A stretch of 64,000 bases of DNA from Bacteroidales bacterium (GCA_016936595.1 JAFGXO010000050.1:87-64086); one strand, 5' to 3'. Positions 8,731 to 18,978 are shown, counted from the stretch's first letter. Notes: generated by a model not told the origin, from the letters alone. Numbers and translations are program-made.

Positions 8731-10263
8731 ATGGCTCTGTTAAAAAAACTTTACAAAATAAATCTTGCATCTCCTAAAGGAATATTAAAATTTGCCGGTT
8801 CGGCTCTAAAAAACGGAGTAAATCTATTAGCAATGCTGAACTTTGCTGCAAAATTATATCCGCAAAGAAAAGCCATCACCGATGACTATAAATCATTATC
8901 CTACAGTGAATTATATAAAGAAACAAAAGAATTTGCAATTGCCATTAGAGAAAAATATGATATAAAACCAAAGAAAAAAGTAGCTGTAATTTGCAAAAAT
9001 CACATTTCGATAATAAAAGCAACTTTTGCTATATCAGGTTTAGGTGCTGAATTATATCTTTTAAATCCCGAAATGAGCGAACAACAATTTACTTCTTTCA
9101 TTAACAAAACTAACTTTAAACTAATTATTTACGATAAAGAAATTGAACAAAAACTTATAACTGTTTTAACCGAAGAAAATTCACTACTATCCTATGATGA
9201 TGAGAAAAAATCTGTAAATAACATCACGAAAAACAAAAACTATAATAACTACAAATTACCCAAGAAAAAATCAGGGAGTATTATCGTTCTTACAGGCGGC
9301 ACATCGGGTAGTGTAAAAGTTGCAAAACGTAAACCTTCAATTTTTGATTTCTTAAATCCTTTTTTTGCATTATTAACAAAATTAGATTTAGATGAGTTTA
9401 AATCTGTTTACATTGCTATACCTATTTATCATGGTTTTGGACTATCAACATTAATTATATCTGCTCTTTTAGGGTCAGAAATGTATTTGCTCAATAAATT
9501 TGAAACCGAAAAAGCGGCCAACTTAATTGAAAAACACAAAATTGAAGTTATTACTCTTGTTCCTATTATTTTAAAACGTTTGTTAGAATACAATTCTGCT
9601 AAAATTACATCAATAAAAAGAATAATAACCGGAGGAGTTGCAATTTCACCGGTTTTAGTAAAAGATTCTTTACAAAAGCTTGGTCATACATTATTCAATT
9701 TATACGGAACTTCCGAAGCTGGTTTTTCGGTTATGGCTACGCCCGAAGATTTAGCAAAAAAACCATCAACTATTGGCAAACCTATACAAGGTGTTAAACT
9801 TAAAATTTTTGATAAAACCGGACAAACTTTAAAAGCCGGACAAACGGGAATGATTAGTCTAAAAACAAAATGGTCAATGTACAACAAAAACGATAAAAAT
9901 GTTGCAACCGGCGATTTAGGATATGTTGATAAAGACGGACATTTATTCCTTGCCGGTAGAGCCGATGATATGATAGTTTCGGGGGGAGAAAATGTGTATC
10001 CTATTGTTGTTGAAAATGTTATGATACAACACACTGATATTGAGCAAGTAGTTGTAATAGGTATTAATGACTCAGATTTTGGACAACGACTTAAGGCTTT
10101 TGTTGTAAAATCAAAAAACAGCTCAATTACCGAAGATGATTTATTTAAGTGGGTCAAAAATAAAGTTGCCCGATACGAAATGCCGGCAAAAATTGAATTT
10201 ATTGACGAAATACCTATTACACCCGTTGGTAAAATTGACAGAAAAGCTTTGAAAAATTTATAA
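8731..10263 (+). CDS. AMP-binding acyl-CoA synthetase (FadD-like)
   Basis: P-loop variant LTGGTSG.VK, PIYHGFG, YGTSE, TGDLG, GRADDMIVSGGENVYP, GKIDRK. Confidence 0.85.
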   Translation: MALLKKLYKINLASPKGILKFAGSALKNGVNLLAMLNFAAKLYPQRKAITDDYKSLSYSELYKETKEFAIAIREKYDIKPKKKVAVICKNHISIIKATFAISGLGAELYLLNPEMSEQQFTSFINKTNFKLIIYDKEIEQKLITVLTEENSLLSYDDEKKSVNNITKNKNYNNYKLPKKKSGSIIVLTGGTSGSVKVAKRKPSIFDFLNPFFALLTKLDLDEFKSVYIAIPIYHGFGLSTLIISALLGSEMYLLNKFETEKAANLIEKHKIEVITLVPIILKRLLEYNSAKITSIKRIITGGVAISPVLVKDSLQKLGHTLFNLYGTSEAGFSVMATPEDLAKKPSTIGKPIQGVKLKIFDKTGQTLKAGQTGMISLKTKWSMYNKNDKNVATGDLGYVDKDGHLFLAGRADDMIVSGGENVYPIVVENVMIQHTDIEQVVVIGINDSDFGQRLKAFVVKSKNSSITEDDLFKWVKNKVARYEMPAKIEFIDEIPITPVGKIDRKALKNL

Positions 10264-10278
10264 AAACAACAATTACTT

Positions 10279-10785
10279 TTATTCTTTTTTCTTTTTACCT
10301 TCAAATAATTTAGACACAATATTATAATTAGTTAAAAGAAAATATCCAATTACTATGTTTATTCCGCTCAAAACCCACAAAAAAGTATCTCTATGCACAT
10401 AAGCTAACATACCAATATCTTCTTTAAATGAAATTAAAGCATAACTCAAAAAGGTTGGAATATTTTTTAAAAGCAAAATACCTCCTATTATGAATGAACC
10501 AATTTTAATAATGTCTTGGGAAGAAAATTGAGCTAACTCAATTCGATCGTCATCAAATCCTTTATCAAGTTTTAAAATTTTAACTACTTTATCAGATTTA
10601 AAAATAAGCAATATAAAGAGTCCCAAAACAGCTAAAACAATAAGAATTATACCAATAACTGAAAAAATGTCAATATCTGAAATAGCATAAGCCAAACTAC
10701 CTGGCAAAGCCGAAAAAATTGTAGTTATTGCAGAAAATAGTCCGAACAACTTAATTAATAGTATAAAAAAATCTTTTTTTGTCAT
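10279..10785 (-). CDS. Hypothetical membrane protein (about 4 TM helices)
   Basis: 168 aa ORF with four hydrophobic segments. Confidence 0.7.
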   Translation of the reverse strand: MTKKDFFILLIKLFGLFSAITTIFSALPGSLAYAISDIDIFSVIGIILIVLAVLGLFILLIFKSDKVVKILKLDKGFDDDRIELAQFSSQDIIKIGSFIIGGILLLKNIPTFLSYALISFKEDIGMLAYVHRDTFLWVLSGINIVIGYFLLTNYNIVSKLFEGKKKKE

Positions 10786-10796
10786 AAAATTTCTAT

Positions 10797-11426
10797 TTAA
10801 AACAATTCATTAACCTTATCTAAATACTCCCGCAAAACCATAACATCACTTGTGTTTGTATCAAGCAAGAACTCATTCAACAAAACAGGATAATTTTCTA
10901 ATAAATCTAACATATATTTCTCGTTTAATACACTTGACTGCCCTTTAGACAAATCCAAAACATTATCTACTAACTCTTGGTTTTCTGATTGAATCTTAGA
11001 ATAAGTATATGAACGACCAATTAAACCATAATTAAATTGATCTTGAGAAAGTTTATTTTTCTGCGATATAGTTAACATTGGCCATGATCTAAAATAATAA
11101 AAATTACCTTTAAGTTTAAATTTTATAAACCCGGCATCAAAAGCATGACGTTTAGCATTAAAATATAAATATTCGCCATCTGTAATAATCCATATATTCA
11201 TTTGACGACGTCTCTTAAATTTTCTGTTTTTAACTTTTAATTTATAAGTATTTTTATTTACAGATGTTTTTTTATACTCCTTAAAAATACATTGTTCTTC
11301 AAATAAAGGTTTATCATTTTTATAATCAACAACATTTCGGTATGCTTTACCATAAATAGTATCTATTTGTCCATAAATAGAGACCGAAAAAATAAAAAAC
11401 AAATAAAAAATAAATACTGTTTTCAT
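10797..11426 (-). CDS. Hypothetical exported protein
   Basis: Signal peptide ending IYG-Q. 209 aa, 11 nt upstream of the membrane protein gene. Confidence 0.65.
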   Translation of the reverse strand: MKTVFIFYLFFIFSVSIYGQIDTIYGKAYRNVVDYKNDKPLFEEQCIFKEYKKTSVNKNTYKLKVKNRKFKRRRQMNIWIITDGEYLYFNAKRHAFDAGFIKFKLKGNFYYFRSWPMLTISQKNKLSQDQFNYGLIGRSYTYSKIQSENQELVDNVLDLSKGQSSVLNEKYMLDLLENYPVLLNEFLLDTNTSDVMVLREYLDKVNELF

Positions 11427-11584
11427 AATCTAAAATTTTATATTCTATGTAAATTAATATATTGTAATTTTATTCATTAAAAAAACGCCACATCTCTTAT
11501 TATTATATAACAATATCAAGCAATATCAATTATAACCTCACACAATTTACATTAGTACATGTTTTTTAAATACAAATTTACAAA

Positions 11585-13123
11585 CTATTTATTTAAAGCA
11601 ATAATTTTATTTAATTCAAAAATATCTTTTCGTCTGTCTTTAAGATTCTTAACACTACCAAATTGATTTAAACCACGCAATAAATCAATATCAACATCAG
11701 CAATCAAAATCATTTCTGTATTCGGAGTTGCTTCAGCCTTAATTCCATTTGCAGGAAAAGAGAAATCGCAAGGAGTAAACACCATTGATTGAGCATATTG
11801 TATATCCATATTACTTACTTTTGGCAAGTTTCCAACGCTTCCGGCAATTGCAACATAACATTCATTTTCAATAGCCCTTGCATGAGAGCAATACCTTACA
11901 CGGGAATATCCATTTTGAGTATCGGTTAAAAACGGAACAAATAAAATATCCATTCCTTCTTCGGCCAAAAGCCTGCTAAGCTCAGGAAATTCCGAATCGT
12001 AACAAATAAGAATTCCAATTTTTCCGCAATCAGTATCAAAAGTTTTCAGTTGGCTTCCTCCTTGCATTCCCCAAATTTTTTGTTCATCGGGTGTAACATG
12101 CAACTTTTCATATCTTTCATTAGATCCATCTCTTTTACACAAATAACCAACATTATAAAGCAAACCGTCTTTTAATTCAGGCATACTTCCGGTAATAATA
12201 TTGATATTATAAGAAATTGCAAGTTCGGAAAATCTATGCACAATTTTAGGGGTGTATTTTGCTAACTCTCTAATAGCTTCGGATTCGGGCAAATTGTTGT
12301 TTTCTGCCATAAGAGGAGCATTAAAAAACTCCGGAAACAATGCAAAATCAGAATGATAAGCCGAAACAGCATCAATAAAATATTCGGCTTGTTGCATTAA
12401 TTCCTGCAAATCCTTATACAAACGCATTTGCCATTGAATTAAACCTAAACGCACAACTTTTTTTAGTGGTACTATTTTTTTAGTTTTCTTTTCGTAATAA
12501 ATATTATTCCATTCCAACAAAACCGCAAACTCACCAGACCCAAAATCACCCTCTAAATAATTCTTTAATATTTTTACAGGATGAAAATCATTTGATATTT
12601 GAAAATTAAAAACCGGATCGTGAATTTCTTTTCGTCGCACTTTTTCAATATACTCTTTAGGCGATAAAGTTTCTTGATATTTATGATAATTTGGTATTCT
12701 TCCTCCAAAAGCAATCCCTCGTAAATTTAATTTTTCTGCAAGTTCCTTACGGTAATCATATAATCTGCGAGCAAGTCTTAATCCTCTATATTCAGGTTTT
12801 ATAAATACATCAATACCATATAAAACATCACCTTCAATATTATGGGTATCAAAAGAAAAATTTCCGGTTATTTCTTTATAAGTATGGTGATCATCAAACG
12901 TATCGTAATCAACTACAATTGAAAAAGCAAAACCTGCTAACTCTCCGTTAACCTTTACAACAACTTGACCTTCTGGAAATTTTTTTATTAACTGTTTTAA
13001 TTCATCTTTTGACCAGTATAAATTGGGGTCATTTAAATAAACTTCAAGCATCGCATCTTTTAAATCCTGATAATCATCTAATATTAAATACTTTAACTCA
13101 ACATTTTCAATATTTTTTCCCAT
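11585..13123 (-). CDS. Bifunctional GNAT acetyltransferase / carbon-nitrogen hydrolase (nitrilase family)
   Basis: N-terminal GNAT (PEYRGLRLARRLY). C-terminal nitrilase triad FPEFF, YEKLH, ICYDSEFPE. Confidence 0.9.
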   Translation of the reverse strand: MGKNIENVELKYLILDDYQDLKDAMLEVYLNDPNLYWSKDELKQLIKKFPEGQVVVKVNGELAGFAFSIVVDYDTFDDHHTYKEITGNFSFDTHNIEGDVLYGIDVFIKPEYRGLRLARRLYDYRKELAEKLNLRGIAFGGRIPNYHKYQETLSPKEYIEKVRRKEIHDPVFNFQISNDFHPVKILKNYLEGDFGSGEFAVLLEWNNIYYEKKTKKIVPLKKVVRLGLIQWQMRLYKDLQELMQQAEYFIDAVSAYHSDFALFPEFFNAPLMAENNNLPESEAIRELAKYTPKIVHRFSELAISYNINIITGSMPELKDGLLYNVGYLCKRDGSNERYEKLHVTPDEQKIWGMQGGSQLKTFDTDCGKIGILICYDSEFPELSRLLAEEGMDILFVPFLTDTQNGYSRVRYCSHARAIENECYVAIAGSVGNLPKVSNMDIQYAQSMVFTPCDFSFPANGIKAEATPNTEMILIADVDIDLLRGLNQFGSVKNLKDRRKDIFELNKIIALNK

Positions 13124-13458
13124 TTTTTATTTTTACTAAAATTAAACATTTTTAAATATCACTAATTTTTAACAAACATTATTACATAAAAAAAACATCA
13201 TATTAAAACATAACGCTTTGTTTGCAGATTTAATGATATTCTTTTGATCTATAACAAAAATTAAGTTTACAATGATATCTAAAAATAAATGAAAAATAAA
13301 ATTATTAAATAAACTCTCTAATTTTTTCTCTAAAAATATCAAATTAATAATTAACCAAAAAGAACTTCGATAATTAACAAAACCATTTTTATATGATGAT
13401 AAATCACGTAAAATTGTGCAATTAATTGTGCTTATATATTTTTAAAATTCTATTTTGC

Positions 13459-14127
13459 ATGATAAATTCTTTAACATTATTCTTTTTATTACTTTTTCTA
13501 ACGATAATAAATGCTCAAAATTTAACATCAATAGATCCAACAACCAGCATGCCGTTGCAACCACTAAGTGTAACAATATCAGGAGTTAACACAAATTTCA
13601 CACAAGCAACTTACACTACTGTTTGATTCTCGCAAGGAAGTGAAACCCACCAATTCTCTGCTAATTTTTACACAGTGAACGACAATCAAATAGTTGCAGA
13701 TATTACCTTTAGTGCAAATTACGTTGATCCCAAAATATTAGACGTAAATGTTTACACCGATAACAATGGAACACTAATACTTTATCAAAGTTTTACTCTT
13801 TTAGGAATAAATTTTCCGATTCTTACTAATATTACTCCAAATACCTCAAATAAATTAGAAACTCTAAGCGTAACTTTAAGTGGTCAGAACACTCATTTTA
13901 CTCAAGCCACCGGAACAACACTTTGGCTGTCGCAAGGATCAAAAACTGTAATTTATCCTAACACAATAAATACTATTACCGAAACCGAAATTGAAGCTGA
14001 ATTTTCATTTCCGTACTACTTGCAAGCAGGTAATTATGATGTGAATACATTCACTCTTTTTGATAATCTGCATTAAATAACCAATAAATTTTCTTTAAAT
14101 GAAGCTGCTATTACTCCACAAATAACA
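13459..14127 (+). pseudogene. Disrupted, truncated secreted protein with tandem IPT/TIG-like Ig repeats
   Basis: Signal peptide, then repeat 1 LTSIDP..LSVTISGVNTNFTQA..V*FSQGS versus repeat 2 LTNITP..LSVTLSGQNTHFTQA..LWLSQGS. TGA at 13624 replaces the Trp. Second in-frame stop at 14074. Sequence breaks off at the start of a third repeat (PQIT). Confidence 0.7.
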
Positions 14128-15726
14128 ACGAAGGCTTTTCTCATCAAAACATGTACAAAGTTGTGTAACTATTTTGCTAATAAAAACATTTTCTCGGAAA
14201 TTTTGCTACTTCTACTGCCTTTGCCCATTTTTTTAATTATCACCCCAAAGGTGCATTAAAAACTTTAGGCATCATAAACTTAATACTGTCATTGTTTTTT
14301 ATCACAATTTTTTTATCAAGAACAGTTTGGGTTGCTTTACATATTAACATATTTATTACTTTAATATTTTTTGCACTTCTTTTTTTTAAACAAACTTTAA
14401 ATACAGTTTTATCTTTTTTGAAGTCAAAAAAAACTTGGGTTTACGCGTCAATAAGTATCTTATTAATAATAACTTCTGTTATAATTTTTGCTCAAAAAGA
14501 CAATACTGATGCCTTAAAAAAACAAATTAAAACTTTAACAAACATTGATAACATTATAAATGAAGACAGGGTTCAATTATGGATAAAAACTTCACAATAA
14601 ATATCCGAAAAACCTTTATTCGGTTATGGTCTATGTAGTTGGAAAATTAAAATTCTAAAATTAGGGAATCAAAATCTTCATTCAGAAAATAACACTACTT
14701 TTTACTAACGTGCCCATTATGATTATTTGTGGATTTTATCTGAACAAGGAATTATTGGACTGTTTTTGTATCTGGCAATCTTTATTGTGCTTTTTAGGTT
14801 TATTATAAAAACATTTAAACAAACAAAACCTCGAGAATTTTTCTCATTTTATCAACATGGATATTATTCTCTTTTTTGATAATTATTTTTAGTTTCCCAA
14901 GAGAAAAAATTGAACATACTATTGTTCTTGGAATAATAAGTTCTTATATACTAATAAATTACTCAAAAAAACATTCAAAAAAGCAATTTAATTCACGAAC
15001 TATTTTATTGCTATTATTACAAATACTAATCTTTAGTTTGTTTGTTAGTTTTATGCGACTAAAAGGCGAATTTTATTAAAAAAAAGCTTATGAAGCACGA
15101 GTAACCCAAAATCATCACAACGTAATAAAAAATATTGACAAAACATACTCTTTTTTTTACAAAATCGCCCCATTCTCTTCCCCTCTTTATTGGTATAAAG
15201 GCGAAGCAAATTTTTATCAAAACAATATCAATCAAGCATTCCAAAATTTTAAAATTGCTTATTCTCAAAACCCTTATCACATTCACGTATTAAACAACCT
15301 TGGCACATGTTACACTTTAAAAAACAACAACTATAAAGCAATATTTTTTTACAAAAAAGCCATAGAGATATCTCCAAAATTCGACAAATCTCAACTAAAT
15401 ACTTCTGCTGTTTATAATAATCAAAACAATTTCGACAGTGCTTTTTATTACTTTAGTATAATTGACACAAATTACTTAAATTCAAGATATTACAGCTTTA
15501 TAACCCCATTATTACAAAACAAAATTAAAACAATTATTAGTAAAATTACTGATAAAAAGCAAAAAAAGTTTTACTATGTATTCAAAATTCCTATATTTGG
15601 ATGAAGAATATTTTTTTCAAATCAATAAAAAACAACATTGATTTTGAGCAACAATTACTTTTAGACGTTGATTTTACAATAGCTGTAGACGAAAAAAACT
15701 TAATTAAACATAAAATACCTGATTAA
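14128..15726 (+). pseudogene. Disrupted O-antigen ligase (Wzy_C) family membrane protein with C-terminal TPRs, 5' part missing
   Basis: Fragments FANKNIFSE, SRTVW, RVQLWIKT..*ISEKPLFGYG, FY*RAHYDYLWILSEQGIIG (normally R.HND), FSFPREKIEH, TPR WYKGEA..NPYHIHVLNNLG. Stops at 14598, 14706 and 15077. Frameshifts near 14250, 14870 and 15580. Confidence 0.8.
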
Positions 15727-15730
15727 ACAA

Positions 15731-16267
15731 ATGAAAACTTTATCAACTATCATTCTAATTTGCATTTCTGTTAATGTTTTTGCACAAAGAAATCTTTTTA
15801 TAGGTTTTGAACCCTCAGTAACCGTTGAAAAATATTATGATAAAAACGAATTTGATGTCAATATTTTTCCGGCAATTTTTAGAATACCAGTTTCAAAAAA
15901 ACTTGATTTTAGAATATCAACAATTTCAAATTATCACTTCAGCAAAACAGATAATGGTTTATCCAACTTAGGAATCAGTTTTGGTTTGCCCTTTTATTTT
16001 TCCAAAAAAACGTCGCTAATGGACAAATCTAAAGGTTTCTATCTGTCTGCAAATTATGGAAATACACGTAATTTGTTCCACAAACATTATGCTTTAACTT
16101 TTGCTTTAGAACCCGGTTATTCTTTTGCTTGGGAATCAAAGTTTGCTTTTCATATAGGTTTGCAATATGGCAGAACTTTATTTATTAACGATTTTTCACA
16201 AAACGAATGGGGTCCGCATTTTGGGCTTAATTTTCATTTGGGGTGGTGGATTTTCAATCAAGAATAA
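15731..16267 (+). CDS. Hypothetical small outer-membrane beta-barrel protein
   Basis: Signal peptide (VFA-Q), alternating aromatic strands, C-terminal FHLGWWIF. Confidence 0.6.
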   Translation: MKTLSTIILICISVNVFAQRNLFIGFEPSVTVEKYYDKNEFDVNIFPAIFRIPVSKKLDFRISTISNYHFSKTDNGLSNLGISFGLPFYFSKKTSLMDKSKGFYLSANYGNTRNLFHKHYALTFALEPGYSFAWESKFAFHIGLQYGRTLFINDFSQNEWGPHFGLNFHLGWWIFNQE

Positions 16268-16287
16268 ATCAATCACAAAATATAAAC

Positions 16288-16485
16288 ATGAAACCAATAC
16301 TCTTACAAGTATATATTGTGTTCGTTTTATTAATCATTTCTATTTCGGCGTGTAAAAAATGTCAGGAATGCCAAGTTTACAGTGCTTCCGGCATTTTAAC
16401 CCTAACAATAGAAAGCTGCGAAGAAGATAACGAAGCCGCAATTTTACAAAATTTCCCTTCTGCAGACAGCATTGTTTGTTATTAA
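16288..16485 (+). CDS. Small cysteine-rich lipoprotein
   Basis: MKPILL..ISAC lipobox, then KKCQEC..C..CY. 65 aa from the ATG at 16288. Confidence 0.55.
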   Translation: MKPILLQVYIVFVLLIISISACKKCQECQVYSASGILTLTIESCEEDNEAAILQNFPSADSIVCY

Positions 16486-16609
16486 AACTCTAATTTAAAT
16501 GTGTTTTTATTTGATAATCAATACCCTCCCTGCAGGATAAAAAAATACAACTATTAATCTTTTAAACAATAAAAAAATAATTATCATAAGACTATAAAAA
16601 TCGCTCTTT

Positions 16610-17206
16610 TTAATGATGATGTCCCGACAAAACAGTATCCTGATAATTTTCCATTCCCTCAATAAATATTTTCACTAAAGAATCAGTTAAAAAATCATTA
16701 CTGTGATGCCCTAAAAACACCTCTGCTTGCATGTTTTTTTGTGAGTAAACAAAATCTACAGATGGCAAATATGGTTTAATATCTAAAATTGGTGTTCCGT
16801 TAAAAATATCAACACCCGACACAAAAAGTATGTTGTTTTGGATAGAATCTAATTTCACTAACGATAATCCTATAGGGTTAGGCCGACGCGGACTACGAGT
16901 TGCAAAAATGCCAAAAGTATGCTTGCTTTCGGGAGGACGCACAATATTTTCCCATCCTTTTGCCTGATTAAAATCAAAAATCACCCAAATATATTCAAAA
17001 TCAGAAAGTTCTGCCAAACCTTCAACATATTCCTCTTTTAGTAAAATTTGTCCTTTTGTTTCGGGCATTAAAATACCTTGTCGGGGTGCTCCTGTATTTT
17101 TTGTAAACTCCGAAACGAAATAACCAATTGGTTGGTAAGTTACCTTTTCCTGAGAGCAGGAAACAAAAAATAGAATTATAGCAGCAATAAAAAAATTTAT
17201 TTTCAT
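16610..17206 (-). CDS. TrmO/TsaA (YaeB) family SAM-binding protein with N-terminal lipoprotein signal
   Basis: PIG, PRQG, GIFATRSPRRPNPIGLS, GTPILDIKPY motifs. N-terminus MKINFFIAAIILFFVSC. Confidence 0.85.
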   Translation of the reverse strand: MKINFFIAAIILFFVSCSQEKVTYQPIGYFVSEFTKNTGAPRQGILMPETKGQILLKEEYVEGLAELSDFEYIWVIFDFNQAKGWENIVRPPESKHTFGIFATRSPRRPNPIGLSLVKLDSIQNNILFVSGVDIFNGTPILDIKPYLPSVDFVYSQKNMQAEVFLGHHSNDFLTDSLVKIFIEGMENYQDTVLSGHHH

Positions 17207-17260
17207 CTTTTTTTTGCAAATTAAAAGAAAAATCTTCGTAAATTTTACAAATAATTTTTT

Positions 17261-17755
17261 TTATTTTTTTTTAAGCGTTTTATAAATTTCGCCAATGTAC
17301 ATTCTGTGATAATCCTGAAGAGGATAATTTTTATGGATAGAATTATCTAAAAAATTCTGAAAATCAATATCTTGATAATATATCTTTTTACAAAGCATTA
17401 CAATTTCAGCTTCATTGTAAAAAATGTTTTCATCATCTATAATTGGAGTAATTTTCAGATTCATTTTGTCAATATCTCTTCCGGATTTTGTGCCGCATAA
17501 TTTTAGAACATCACGATATTTTTCTTCAAAAAAAGAAAGACTAAAAAAATCGTTTTGTTCAACAAAATCATAAGTATATCTATGCGGACGGATAAAAATA
17601 TACGCTACATCTTTGTTCCACAAGTGCCCTATTCCACCCCACGAAGCAGTCATTGTATTGTGTTTTTCTTTTGTGCCTGCTGTTATCAGCATCCATTTAT
17701 TTGCAATCAAATTTGTTGCACTTTCTTTAAGATTGTCTATATCAATTGGGATCAT
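17261..17755 (-). CDS. Flavin reductase-like FMN-binding protein
   Basis: WMLITAG, NTMTASWGG.G.LW, RPHRYT, CGTKSGRD.DK, HRMYIGEI. Confidence 0.85.
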   Translation of the reverse strand: MIPIDIDNLKESATNLIANKWMLITAGTKEKHNTMTASWGGIGHLWNKDVAYIFIRPHRYTYDFVEQNDFFSLSFFEEKYRDVLKLCGTKSGRDIDKMNLKITPIIDDENIFYNEAEIVMLCKKIYYQDIDFQNFLDNSIHKNYPLQDYHRMYIGEIYKTLKKK

Positions 17756-17913
17756 AAATACTTTTTTATTATCAGGTTAAAAACACAATAAGTGAAATTA
17801 TAGACTGCATTTAAACACATTATTAAAATTGAACAAAAAAAAGATTTACAAAACAACTGCAAGTTCAAAGACTATTACAAGCCTTTAATTAGTTTATATT
17901 ACTCACTATTAAC

Positions 17914-18957
17914 TTAAAGTCCAACAGCAAAACCGGCAAGTCCAACAATAAATCCAACAACCATATTTATTAATTTTGAATAAACAAAACTTTTTGGTGA
18001 TTCGGCAAGTAACGGCAAACCTCCATGCCCGTCTTGAACAATAGAATTTGCCACAAGTATGCTTAAAGGAATAAATCCCGAAGCAAATAAAAATACAAAT
18101 ACCAAATTAGGACCGGATTCAGGAATAAAACCAACCAAAACAGCAACAAGCAACAAGAGAACAAAATAATTGTCAGAAATATTTTTAAAAGTTTCTTCGG
18201 TTAAATTTAGCATTGGTATAAAAATCTCTATAACTAATAACGCTCCAAACGTCCATAAGAAAATTCTAAACAAATGCTTTTTTATAGTGTGTTTCCACAA
18301 ATGTTCAATTAAAAAATGTTCGGGCACAGTAGCTACTATAAAAAGCATAATTGAACCAACAATCAGAAAAATAATCTTTTTTTCGTTCCATTCGGCAGGA
18401 CCAATTTTACCAGTAAATAGAAAAAACAAAAATAAAACAGAACCAACAATTAACAATAAACGTTGGAATGATATATTTTTATATTCTTCGACGAGCATTT
18501 TCCAGTCAAAACAAACACAATTAGGGTCTGAATGGCTGTGAAGCATATTATTATGAAGTTTCATAAAATTTTTATCCTTAAAAATTAAATTAAGAATAAA
18601 ACCTACAATTATAGCTATAAGTATTAATGCAAGATTAATATAAAGAGCCTGTTCTGGTATTTCGCTAAACATTACAAAAGCCTCATCGCCCGACGAAGCA
18701 ATCATAACCGTAACTAAAGCCGGAAACCCAATAACACGATGAGCGTATAGCGAAACGGCAACAAATGTACCTAAACAACCGGGAATTATACCAAGCATTG
18801 CAGCAATAATAACTTGCCACCAGATATTTTTCCCAATAGCTTTTAATATTTTATTTTTAGTTTGAACAGTAACGTATTCTATAAGTAACATCATAGATAA
18901 AACAAATGATGCTATCATTATAGCGTGTTCAAAACTGTGAGCAATTGGTTCAAACAC
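17914..18957 (-). CDS. Putative manganese transporter (DUF2899-like permease)
   Basis: LGIIPGCLG, SSGDEAF, IPESGP, QDGHG motifs, many TM helices, His-containing loop. GTG start. Confidence 0.75.
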   Translation of the reverse strand: MFEPIAHSFEHAIMIASFVLSMMLLIEYVTVQTKNKILKAIGKNIWWQVIIAAMLGIIPGCLGTFVAVSLYAHRVIGFPALVTVMIASSGDEAFVMFSEIPEQALYINLALILIAIIVGFILNLIFKDKNFMKLHNNMLHSHSDPNCVCFDWKMLVEEYKNISFQRLLLIVGSVLFLFFLFTGKIGPAEWNEKKIIFLIVGSIMLFIVATVPEHFLIEHLWKHTIKKHLFRIFLWTFGALLVIEIFIPMLNLTEETFKNISDNYFVLLLLVAVLVGFIPESGPNLVFVFLFASGFIPLSILVANSIVQDGHGGLPLLAESPKSFVYSKLINMVVGFIVGLAGFAVGL

Positions 18958-18978
18958 AGCAATTTAGTTTAAAAATTA

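Noticed and set aside
9684-10319. Long antisense ORFs (this one, 2794-3135, 24994-25404, 38551-38955, 58817-59266 and similar)
   Set aside because: They overlap well-supported genes on the other strand and show no recognisable motifs.
13459-15726. Stop-codon reassignment or programmed readthrough (TGA at 13624 aligns with Trp)
   Set aside because: The region also has several TAA stops and frameshifts, and TGA ends intact genes elsewhere (e.g. miaA). Ordinary decay explains it.
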